A stretch of 38,351 bases of DNA from Macrostomum lignano (lineage: Eukaryota), in NCBI GenBank assembly GCA_002269645.1, contig NIVC01004678.1:1-38351 (forward strand), in the 5' to 3' direction. Made by a program: the position numbers and the translations under genes. Positions 1-11,622 of the stretch are shown here, piece by piece. Under the pieces are notes generated by a model. That model saw nothing but the letters and a program-made list of their open reading frames with translations. It had not been told where the DNA came from and ran no database searches. The stretch's first letter is position 1. Every line of letters starts with the position of its first letter.

Positions 1-76
1 GATTACTGCATAAAATTGCTACAGCAATAAGTTTTTATTATTGATTCCAGTCTAACTGCTTAATTGACCCCCAGTC

Positions 77-493
77 ATGCAGTCGGCTCGCAACACGAGA
101 CTGAGCGAATAGAGCTCATTAATCAAATACGCGAATGAACGAGAATCGTCTAGATTTATTCGAAATCTCCTTCCCTAATCAGAACTTGGAGTTTTTCGGC
201 GCTATGCGCTTCTATTTTCAAGGCGACGATCAAAAATACCAGACTAAATGCCTTCGAGTGTCCAGCACGGCAACCACTCGCGATTTGATTGGTCCTCTGG
301 TTGAAAAATTTCATCCAATCTGAAAATGCTCGGCTGCGATATCTATGGCCTCTACGAGGTTCACTCAATGGAGAGGAGCGCCGGTTGTCTGAACAGCGGA
401 TCGCCACTGCTAGTGCAGCTGAATTGGGGCAAAGATGATCGAGATGGCAAATTCATATTGAAAAATGAGACTAAAGTTAATCGGCAGAGAGAG
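77..493 (+). CDS. AFDN: Afadin exon 1 (N-terminus and RA1), interrupted by several 1-nt indels
   Basis: Across frames it reads MQSAR.HETERIELINQIRE(W)NENRLDLFEISFPNQNLEFFGAMRFYFQ...EKFHP(D)LKMLG..LYEVHS/NGEERRLSE/..PLLVQLNWGKDDRDGKFILKN. Donor GAG|GTGAGA at 493/494. The start ATG at 77 is inferred. Confidence 0.75.
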
Positions 494-3400
494 GTGAGAC
501 TCTCCGAGTTCTGTTGAATTTGTTATTGCTGCTGCTAACCGGTTGAACTGCTTGTTCCTGACACCCAGCTTGAGACTTCTCCTGACACTCAGCTTAGAAC
601 TTCTGACACTCAGCTTGTGACTCTGACACCCATCTTGAGACTTCTGACACCCAGCTTGAGACTTCTCCTGACACCCAGCTTGGGACTCCTGACACCCAGC
701 TTGAGACTTCTCCTGACACTCAGCTTAGAACTTCTGACACTCAGCTTGTGACTCTGACACCCATCTTGAGACTTCTGACACCCATCTTGAGACTTCTGAC
801 ACCCAGCTTGAGACTTCTCCTGACACCCAGCTTGAGACTTCTGACACCGCAGCTTGGGACTCCTGACACCCAGCTTGGGACTTCTCCTGACACCCATCTT
901 AAGAATTTTGACACCCAGCTTGGGACTCCTGACACCCAGCTTGAGACTTCTCCTGACACCCAGCTTGAGACTTCTTCTGACACCCAGCTTGGGACTCCTG
1001 ACACCCAGCTTGAGACTTCTCCTGACACTCAGCTTAAGACTTCTTCTGACACCCAGCTTGGGACTCCTGACACCCAGCTTGAGACTTCTCCTGATACCCA
1101 GCTTGAGACTTCTCCTGAAACCCAGCTTGAGACTTCCTCTGACACCCAGCTTGAGACTTCTCCTGACACTCAGCTTAAGACTTCTCCTGACACTCAGCTT
1201 AAGACTTCTTCTGACACCCAGCTTGGGACTTCTCCTGATACCCAGCTTGAGACTTCTCCTGACACCCAGCTTGGGACTTCTCCTGATACCCAGCTTGAGA
1301 CTTCTCCTGACACCCAGCTTGAGACTTCTCCTGACACCCAGCTTGAGACTTCTTCTGACACCCAGCTTGAGACTTCTCCTGACACTCAGCTTAGAACTTC
1401 TGACACTCAGCTTGTGACTCTGACACCCAGCTTGGGACTTCTGACATCCAGCTTGGGACTTCTGACACCCAGCTTGAGACTTCTCCTGACACTCAGCTTA
1501 GAACTTCTGACACTCAGCTTGTGACTCTGACACCCAGCTTGGGACTTCTGACATCCAGCTTGGGACTTCTGACACCCAGCTTAAGATTTCTCCTGACACA
1601 GCTTGAGACTTCTCCTGACACCCAACTTGACGTTTCACCTGACTCTCAACTTTGAACTTTGAACAATTTCAGTGGGTTTAAGCTGCGCCATTTGACTTTA
1701 CAGGTCATTCTTGGGACAAATGAGACTTTAGGGTCATGATTTTGTGCCAGGTGAAGATTAATGTTAGGGTTTTTGAAGACACGTGACTCTCACAACGTGC
1801 CATATAGTTTTATATAAAACAACGCCTTGCATAAACATTGCACAGCATTGCATAAGCCTGTCAAAATTTGTTTAACTCAATATATAACTCGGGTTGATTC
1901 CCCCCAAACAGATGAACAACAACGCCAGTTCAGTCGGCGGCGTTGGCACTGCAGGCGAAAGTTTTAAACGCGACAAGAAGCGCCTGTCTAAACGCGAGAA
2001 AAAGAAGAAAGAGCAAATGGAAGCTGAGCAGAAAAAGGCAACAGCCGTGCCTGATTCCACTTTTACTAGGACAATTTCTAATCCGGAACTGGTGATGGCG
2101 CGTCGGAGGAAGCAAAAGCTTGAGAAGATTGAGCAGGTGATGGAAGCACTTCGTATTTTTTATTGTGCTCTGATGAGTCTCAAAATCTCAGGCTTACAAT
2201 CTTACTGTAAGCTTGATTGAGGTTATGAGATTTTGATACTGTAAGCCTGATTTTGAGGTTATAAGATTTTGATAGTGTAAGCCATAATGAGGCTATGAGA
2301 TTTTGATACTCTAAGCCTGATTGAGGCTATGAGATTTTGATTCTGTAAGCCTCTGTGAGGCTATGAGATTTTGATACTGTAAGCCTGATTGAGGCTATGA
2401 GATTTTGATACTGAAGCCTGATTTTTAGGTTATAAGATTTTGATACTGTAAGCCATAATGAGGCTATGAGATTTTGATAATGTAAGCCTGATTTTGAGGT
2501 TATGAGATTTTGATACTGTAAGCCTGATTGAGGTTATGAGATTTTGATACTGTAAGCCATAATGAGGCTATGAGATTTTGATACTGTAAGCCATAATGAG
2601 GTTATGAGATTTTGATACTGTAAGCCATAATGAGGCTATGAGATTTTTATACTGTAAGCCATAATGAGGTTATGAGATTTTGATACTGTAAGCCTGATTA
2701 AGGGATGCCCTAAACTGTGAGAGTTTCGCACCCCAAGCCGCAATCTTCGAGCCCCAAATTATCAGACATCGATGCCATTTATCCCATTGGTAATCTTCTC
2801 GCCCGCCACAGGCCAGCGCCGCCGGTTCAAAAAGTGCCACCCTGAAAGTGTACGGCGACGCACTGAAGCCGGACATACCCTACAAAGCGCTGCTCCTTAC
2901 CACTGATGACACGTGCGTCGATATCGTGTCCGAGATGTTAGAAAAGTACAACATGCTACCTGCCGCTAATCCGGCGGATTATTGCCTGATTAAGATTTGG
3001 CTGCCGCCAAGAGAAGATCGGCAGTCTTATAGGCCAGACCAGCTCGAGGAGCCGCTGCCACCAGACGAGCGACCCTTGGATATCATGTTTAATAGGCCGC
3101 CAGCTAAAGGAACTTTTATGTTTCAGGTTAGTGCGCTGGATGGGATATGCATGACAAATTTATTTTATCATTAACTTTAAAAATTGCCCTCTACCTACTT
3201 TCCAAGAATCGCTTTGTATGTAATTTGTAAGAATTGCCCTTTTTTAGAATCGCCCTTTCCAAGAATCTCTCTTTTCGAGAATTGTCCTCTGTATTTACTT
3301 TCCAAGAATCGACCTTTCCAAGAATCGACCTTTCTAAAAATCGATCTTTCCAAAAAAAGAAATTTCTAGGAATCGCTCTTTCCAAGAATCGCTGTTTTCA

Positions 3401-6400
3401 AGAATCACCCTCTGTATCTAATTTCCAAGAATCAACCTTTCTAAGAATCGCTCTTTCCAAGAATCGCCCTTTTAAAAAATCGTCCTGTCCAAGAATCGCT
3501 CTTTTCAGCAAGCGTCCTTCTGTATCTATTTTCCAAGAATCGCCTCCATTCTACTTTCCAGCAATTAATTCCAACATTTTCCAGGTCCGCCCATTGCCGG
3601 CCGGCATGCGCCAGCAATACCAACAGCATCTGAAGCAATTTCAACAGCATCGCGAGCAACAGAAGCAGAGTCTGCAACAACCTCAGCAGCCTCAGCAGCA
3701 GCAGGCGCCATTGAACGGTCGCACATTGTCGGCATCTGTGTCGCATTCGTCTCTGGTACAGCCTCAGCAGCCTCAGCAGCCTCAACAGCAGCATCGACCG
3801 CAACCGCCGCCTCAGCAGCAGCAGCAGCAGCAGAACCTCGACCTACCCTACCTGGTCGAATTGAACGCCGATGGTAGCGACTGCCCATCCGGCCGTCTGG
3901 TCCGTCTGCCTATCGATAAGCCGCCCCCGATTCACCTGGGCAGCGGCGGGCCCAGCGTAGCGGCCACGATCGGCTCCAATGCTACTTTTGTCCAGCTGGC
4001 TCATCCTGAAGTGCAGCCGGTACACTGCCTCATCAGCCAGCGGCCCGGCCAGCCTCCTAGTCTGGGCTTATCGCCTTCCGGTCCATCTAGCGCCGTATGG
4101 ATTAATAATCAACGCGTCAGTCCCGGCAGCTCGGCCGCCCTGCGTAGCGGAGTTAGCGTTAGATTTGGTCGCGATCTGCTGCTAAGATTCATCGACCCGC
4201 TGGCCGAGAGGAGGTATATGCAGCAGCAGCAACAGCAGCAGCCACCACCGCATGTTGCTGCCGCAGGTGTGTTAAAATTCAAAATTGGTTTGGGATCAGG
4301 GGATTTAGACTTGGGATCAGGGGATTTAGACTTGGTATCTAGGGATTTAGATTTTGGATCTTGGGATTTAGACCTGGGATCTTGGGATTTAGATTTTGGA
4401 TCTTGGGATTTAGACCTGGGATCTTGGGATTTAGATTTGGTTATCTGGGGATTTAGTTTCGGGATCTGGGGATTTAGATTTGGGATCTTGGAATTTAGAT
4501 TTGGTTATATCTGGGGATTTAGTTTCGGGATCTGGGGATTTAGATTTGAAATCTGGGGATTTAGTTTCGGGATCTGGGGATTTAGATTTGAAATCTGGGG
4601 ATTTAGATTTGGGATGTGGGGATATAGATTTGGGATTTTAGTTTTGTAATTTCGGATTTGGGATTTCAGATTCGGGATTTCAGATTCGGGATTTCAGATT
4701 CGGGATTTCAGTTTCCGAATATCAATCTGGGGATTAAACAATCGACCAAAACTTCAGCCGCTCCAACTGGCCCTCTCGACGACCTGCCGTGCGGCCTCAT
4801 CGTCCAGCCTCAGCACGACTCTCGCCTCATTGAAGAGGCCGTTTTCCGCTGCTCTCCCCAGCTAGTCCGTTTCCGCCTGGCTCCCGCCTACGCGCTCTAC
4901 CTGACCGAACGGGCCGTGTTTAGAGCAGTGAACGAATCGGCCGAACTGAATCCCGGCCGCCTTGACAACTGCCTGCTCCGCGTGGCCGACAGTCTGTCAG
5001 CAGCGGTGGCCGACAGTCAGACGGAGCCGCAGTCGTTGGTGTTCTGGTTGGCCAATGCTAGCGAGCATTTGCACTTTGTCAAGCGAGACATGAACTTGTC
5101 CGATCTGTCTCCGGGTACCGTTGAGCACGCCTGCGATATCATTGCAGCAGCTGTGCAGTCAGCTTTCAACATGCTGCTGGCTGACCTTCAGGACCGCCTG
5201 CAGGCCGACACGCCCGCGCTGCTGGCACCGGAGTCTCAGGAGGATATGGCGCCATACGGCGGACCCGAGGATGAACCTGTCGAACTGCGGGTAAATATGG
5301 CTATCAAGATCCCAAATTTGAGTACTCCTCAAAGATCCCAATTTCGAGTCCTTAATCCCAAAGATCCCAATTTCGAGTCCTTAATCCCAAAGATCCCTAT
5401 CTAAGAAATCCCAATTTCGAGTCCTTAATCCCAAAGATCCCTATCTAAGAAATCCCAATTTCGAGTCCTTAATCCCAAAGATCCCTATTTAAGCAATCCC
5501 AATTTCGAGTCTTTTATCCCAAAGATCCCTATCTAAGAAATCCCAGGTCGAGTCTTTGATCCCAAAGATCCCTATCTAAGAAATCCCAGTTCGAGTCTTT
5601 GATCCCGAAGATCCCTATTCAAGAAATACCAGTTCGAGTCTTTGATCCCAAATATCCCTATTCAAGAAATACCAGTTCGAGTCTTTGATCCCAAATATCC
5701 CTATTCAAGAAATCCCAGTTTCGAGTCTTTTATCCCAAAGATCCCTATCTAAGAAATCCCAAGTTCGAGTCCTTGATCCCAAATATCCCTATTCAAGAAA
5801 TCCCAGTTTCGAGTCTTTTATCCCAAAGATCCCTATCTAAGAAATCCCAAGTTCGAGTCCTTGATCCCAAATATCCCTATCTAAGAAATCCCAAATTCGA
5901 GTCCTTGATCCCAAATATCCCAATTCAAGAAATCCCAGTTTCGAGTCTTTTATCCCAAATATCCCTATCTAAGAAATCCCAAGTTCGAGTTCTTGATCCC
6001 AAATATCCCTATTCAAGAAATCCCAGTTTCGAGTCTTTTATCCCAAAGATCCCTATCTAAAAAATCCCAAGTTCGAGTTTTTGATCCCAAATATCACAAC
6101 CCAAAAATCCTTTCGCCATTCCAGTCGACTCCGCCGAACAATCCGACCGCTTCGCTGCTGCAACTGCTTCGCTGCCTGTCAGGCGCTATGGTTGTTCTTC
6201 GTCGTTGCCGAGTTAACGCCGCCTTGACAATTCAGCTGTTCTCTCAGCTGTTTCACTACGTTAACGCCTGCGTTTTCAATCAGCTGGTGTCGCCTCAGGC
6301 AGCCGGGGAAGCCGCTTCCGGTTACCTGACGGCCAGTTGGGGCGACTTGCTGTTGCGCAGGTTGGAGCGAGTGAAAGCGTGGGCGGAGAGGCAGGGCTTG

Positions 6401-9017
6401 GAGCTGGCCGCCGAGTGCCATTTGGCCAGGTGAGACTTCTGTTTAATTGGGTTGAAGATTGTCTTAAAAATTGCTTTTGAAGCATTCCTGAGAATCATTT
6501 CTAAGAATCATTCCTGAAGCATTCCTGAGAATCATTCCTGAAGCATTCCTGAGAATCATTTCTAAGAATCATTCCCGCAGCATTCCTGAGAATCATTTCT
6601 AAGAATCATTCCTAAAGCATTCCTGAGAATCATTTCTAAGAATCATTCCTGAAGTATTCCTGAAGCATTCCTGAGAATCATTTCTTAAGAATCGTTCCTG
6701 AAGCATTACTGAGAACCATTCCTGAAGTATTCCTGAGAATCATTTCTTAAGAATCGTTCCTGAAGCATTACTGAGAATTATTCCTGAAGTATTCCTGAAG
6801 CATTCCTGAGAATCATTTCTAAGAATCGTTCCTGAAGAATTACTGAGAATCATTCCTGGAGTATTCCTGAAGCATTCCTGAGGCTTTCCTGAAGCATTCC
6901 TGAGAATCATTTCTAAGAATCGTTCCTAAAGCATTCCTGAGAATCATTCCTGAGGCTTTCCTGAAGCATTCCTGAAAATCATTTCTAAGAATCGTACCTA
7001 AAGCATTGCTGAGAATCATTCCTGAAGTATTCCTGAAGCATTCCTGAGAATCATTTCTTAAGAATCATTCCTGAAGCATTACTCAGAATCATTCATGAAG
7101 TATTCCTGAAGCATTCCTGAGAATCATTTCTAAGAATCGTTCCTAAAGCATTACTGAGAATCATTCCTGAAGTATTCCTGAAGCATTCCTGAAACATTTT
7201 TAAGAATCTTTCCTGAAGCATTCCTAAGAATCATCCTGAAGCATTCCTGAGAATCATTCCTGAAGAATTCCTGAGAATCATTCCTGAAGCATTCCTGAGA
7301 ATCATTCCTGAATCATTCCTGAGAATCATACCTGAAGCATTCCTGAGAATCATACCTGAAGCATTCCTGAGAATCATTCCTAAAGCATTCCTGAGAATCA
7401 TTCCTGAAGCATTCCTGAGAAGCATTCCTGAGAATCATTCCTGAAGCATTCCTGAGAATCATTCCTGAAGCATTCCTGATAATCATTCCTGAAGCATTCC
7501 TGAGAATCATTCCTGAAGCATTCCTGAGAATCATTCCTGAAGCATTCCTGAGAATCATTCCTGAAGCATTCCTGAGAATCATTCCTGAAACCGGCGCCTG
7601 CACATTTTCTAAGAATAATGCAAAAATTTTAACTTACCCTTTGACGTAAACAGGCTATTTTTTATATAGCCGAGTTAATGCTGGCTTGCTAGATAGTATC
7701 TGACATCAAATTATTATGATTTATGCATATATTGACTGAATAACAAAGGAAATAATAATATATAATTAATAATTAATTAATCATATACAGAAGTGTCCAA
7801 GCGTGCCACCTTCTACTATGCGACAAATCAGATTTCAACGCTGTATCAGAGACTGCCGCTAATTGTTTGCGCTTAAACTCCATTCAAACTGGAGCACTAC
7901 TGGCTGGCTTCAGGCCGCCGCTGCCGCGCACCTGGATTGACAGCTTAGTTGAAGCGGCCAGGCAGTCGGCCGATCCTCTACACGAAGAGGAAGGCCTGGC
8001 TATTGAACTGTTAGAAGAGCCGGATCTTAATCTGCCACTGCTCCTGCCCGACGATGGGTACACCTGCGATGCTCCACTGGGGATGCCGAACGGCTTGGAG
8101 GAATTCCTCACGCCGCTGGCCCGGCAGGGTCTCTGCCAGGTGGTGCCGCATCCAGCCCATCAGAGAGCTGACGGCTTGTGGACTGTCTATATGCAGATTG
8201 ATGGCGAAATTACTGACGACTCTGCTGATGGAAAGAGACCGGTGCAGCAGCAACAGCAGCAGGTAATGAAGATGCTGAGCGTGTGGTCTTCAGATTGAAT
8301 TCAGGGTTTTAGTGACTGTGGTCTTCAGATTGAATTCATAATTAGTGACTGTGGTCCTCAGATTGAATTCATAATTAGTGACTGTGGTCCTCAGATTGAA
8401 TTCATAATTAATGACTGTGGTCCTCAGATTGAATTCATAATTAGTGACTGTGGTCCTCAGATTGAATTCATAATTAGTGACTGTGGTCCTCAGATTGAAT
8501 TCAGGGTTTTAGTGAATGTGGTCCTCAGACATCCAATGCCTGCATGGTCCAATAATTCCATAATTACAGGTGGAAAGTCAACGTGATTCCAGCCGCCTCT
8601 CTCAGCATGAGCAGCAGCAACAGCAACAGGTCCTTAAGCCAGCTGTACAGCAAATCCAGCTAGCTAAATACAATAACTCTCTGGGTTTGAGCATAGTCTC
8701 AGCCACGGCTCTAGCTGGTCCTGATCAGGGCGTTGTTGGCACCTACGTGAAGGCTGTGATACCTGGCGGCGCCGCGGACAGAGATGGCCGCATAGAGACT
8801 GGCGATCAGCTGCTGGCTGTTAACGGCCTGTCTCTGGTTGGACTGTCCCAGAGAGAGGCTGCTGGCGTGCTTCAGGTGTGTGCAGCAATCAGATTTTTTT
8901 AGTTAGTTAGTCAGTTAGTCGGTTAGTTAGTTAGTTAGTTTGTTTGTTTGTTTGTTAGTTAGTTAGTCAGTTAGTTTGTTTGTTTGTTAGTTAGCTAGTT
9001 AGTTTGTTTGTTTGTTT

Positions 9018-9059
<42 letters not shown>

Positions 9060-9095
9060 CAGTTAGTTAGTTTGTTTGTTTGTTTGTTAGTTAGC

Positions 9096-9135
<40 letters not shown>

Positions 9136-11586
9136 CAGTTAGTTAGTTAGTTTGTTTGTTTGTTAGTTAGCTAGTTAGTTAGTTAGTTAGTTTGTTTGTT
9201 TGTTTGTTTGTTTGTTAGTTAGTTAGTCAGTCAGTCGGTTAGTTAGTTTGTTAGTTAGTCAGTCAGTTAGTTAGTTAGTTTGTTTGTTTGTTAGTCAGTT
9301 AGTTAGTTTGTTTGTTTGTTTGTTTGTTAGTTAGCTAGTTAGTTAGTTTGTTAGTTAGTTTGTTTGTTTGTTAGTCAGTCAGTTAGTTAGTTAGTTTGTT
9401 TGTTTGTTAGTTAGTTAGTTAGTCAGTCAGTTAGTTAGTTAGTTTGTTTGTTAGTTAGTTAGCTAGTTAGTTAGCTAATTAGCTAGTTAGTTAGTTAAGT
9501 TAGTTGATTAGTGACCCTAGTTAATTAGTGACCCTCAGTTGAATGTGTTAGGACGCTACCATGCCTCATACGCACTGCAAGTGTCAAGGTCAGCTTGTCA
9601 GAAGAAGTACGCTAAGAACTTTTTTCTGTTGACATTCTCAGCGCACCGGCCAGTCAGTCGGCCTGACGGTGGCCAAACGAGCCGACAGATTTCACGGCCT
9701 GGCTGAAATACTGAGGCAGCCCAGTCCGCCGAGGTCGCCTGCGCTTCCTGGGCATCCAAAACAGCAGCAGCCGCAGCAGCAGCAGATGACGCCGCCGTCT
9801 CCGCAGCAGCAGCAGCCACAACAACAACCAAGACCAGGTTCTCAGCATTTTCAGCAGCAACAAAGACCCATGCCGCAGCAGGAACAACAGAAACAAAGAC
9901 CCATGCCACAGCAGGAACAACAGCAACAAAGACCCATGCCACAGCAGCAACAAAGACCTCTGCCACAACAACAGCAACAACAGCAGCAACAAAGACCTCT
10001 GCCACAGCAACAGCAACAACAGCAGCAACAAAGACCTCTGCCGCAACAGCAACAACAACAGCAACAGCAGCAGCAACAAGGACCTCAGCATCAGAGGCCG
10101 CTGTCTAGCATGCCGCCTCCGCCTCAGGCGCAGCAGCCGCAGCCACCGCAGCCACCGCAGCAGCAGCATTATCAGACAATGCAACGACCTGGCAAGCATT
10201 CTGCTAACCGCTACCAACAGCAGCAGCAGATGCCGGGTCCGCAGCGAGCCAAATCAACATCTAACATGCTTGACGATGTTAACAATAGTAACAGTAGCGC
10301 TAGAGCCGTATTAACCGGCGGCACGCGGCGAACTTCAACGTCGAATAACTACGCCGACGAGGCCGCAGCCAGAGCCGCCGTTGACAGTTTGCGTCGTCAG
10401 GATCATCAGCCTTATCAGCCTCAGCCTCATCAGCCTCAGCCTCATCAGCCTCAGCCTCATCAGCGCCAGCCGCCCAGAGTGATCACTCCGATGGACGCGC
10501 CTAAAGTAGTTATAAAGCAGGGCCGCCGGGGCAGCGCCAATGATAACAACAGTCGCTCGTCTCTGTCTGGCAGTCAATCGTCTTTAACTCTGCGCTCGTC
10601 GCGTCAGCCACCGCAACAGCCTTTAACAGCAACAAGTACTACTGGGGTGTTTGTTGCCAAGCCGGCTCAGGCTGTGCTGGACTCGCCAGCCGCACCGTCT
10701 AGTCCTGACGCTACCAGCAGCGCTAGCGGCGCCACCTATATGAACCTGCCGCCGCCGCCCAAGCCTATTGAAGACCGCGCCCTGTTCTTTGGCCAGCGAC
10801 ACCCGCCTCCGCCACCATCTGGGTTGCAGCAGCGGTGAGGGGTTATTTGACTAGTCTGTTCAGATTTTTGTGCTTGCTCTGTGTTCTCATGGTGAGATTC
10901 TGATGAGATTCGGGTGAAATATGGATTATTCTCAGGGTGAGATTTAGATAAAATATGGATAATTCTCATGGTGAGATTTTGATGAGATTCGGGTGAAATA
11001 TGGATGATTCTCAGGGTGAGATTTAGATAAAATATGGATAATTCTCATGGTAAGATTTTGGTGAGATTCGGGTGAAATATGGATGATTCTCATGGTGAGA
11101 TTTTGGTGAGATTCGGGTGAGATTCTCAGGGTGAGATTTTGGTGTAATTCGGGTGAAATATAGATGATTCTCATGGTGAGATTTTGGTGAGATTCGGGTG
11201 AAATATGGATGATTCTCATGGTGAGATTTTGGTGAGATTCGGGTGAAATATGGATGATTCTCATGGTGAGATTTTGGTGAGATTCGGGTGAGATTCTCAG
11301 GGTGAGATTTTGGTGTAATTCGGGTGAAATATGGATGATTCTCATGGTGAGATTTTGGTGAGATTCGGGTGAAATTCTCAGTGTGAGATTTTGGTGTAAT
11401 TCGGGTGAAATATGGATGATTCTCAGGGTGAGACTTTGTTGAAATTCGAGTAAAATATGGCTGATTCTCACAGTAAGATCCTACGCTCAATTCAGCTATG
11501 CTCCATCGGCGGCTGAGCTCAATAAGACTGCTCAACGAGTTCGCACGCCTAGTCCTCAGCCACCGCCGCCGCCTCAGCATCAGCAT

Positions 11587-11622
<36 letters not shown>

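Noticed and set aside
556-1630. Long ORFs (258 aa TQLETSPD repeat, 187 aa LLTPSLR repeat) and a CRISPR-like look
   Set aside because: They lie in an intron bounded by phase-compatible splice sites, the units abut without unique spacers, and there are no cas genes in this eukaryotic context.
3234-4649. 471-aa ORF as a single exon
   Set aside because: Only 3585-4266 is afadin-like; both flanks are translated intronic repeats.
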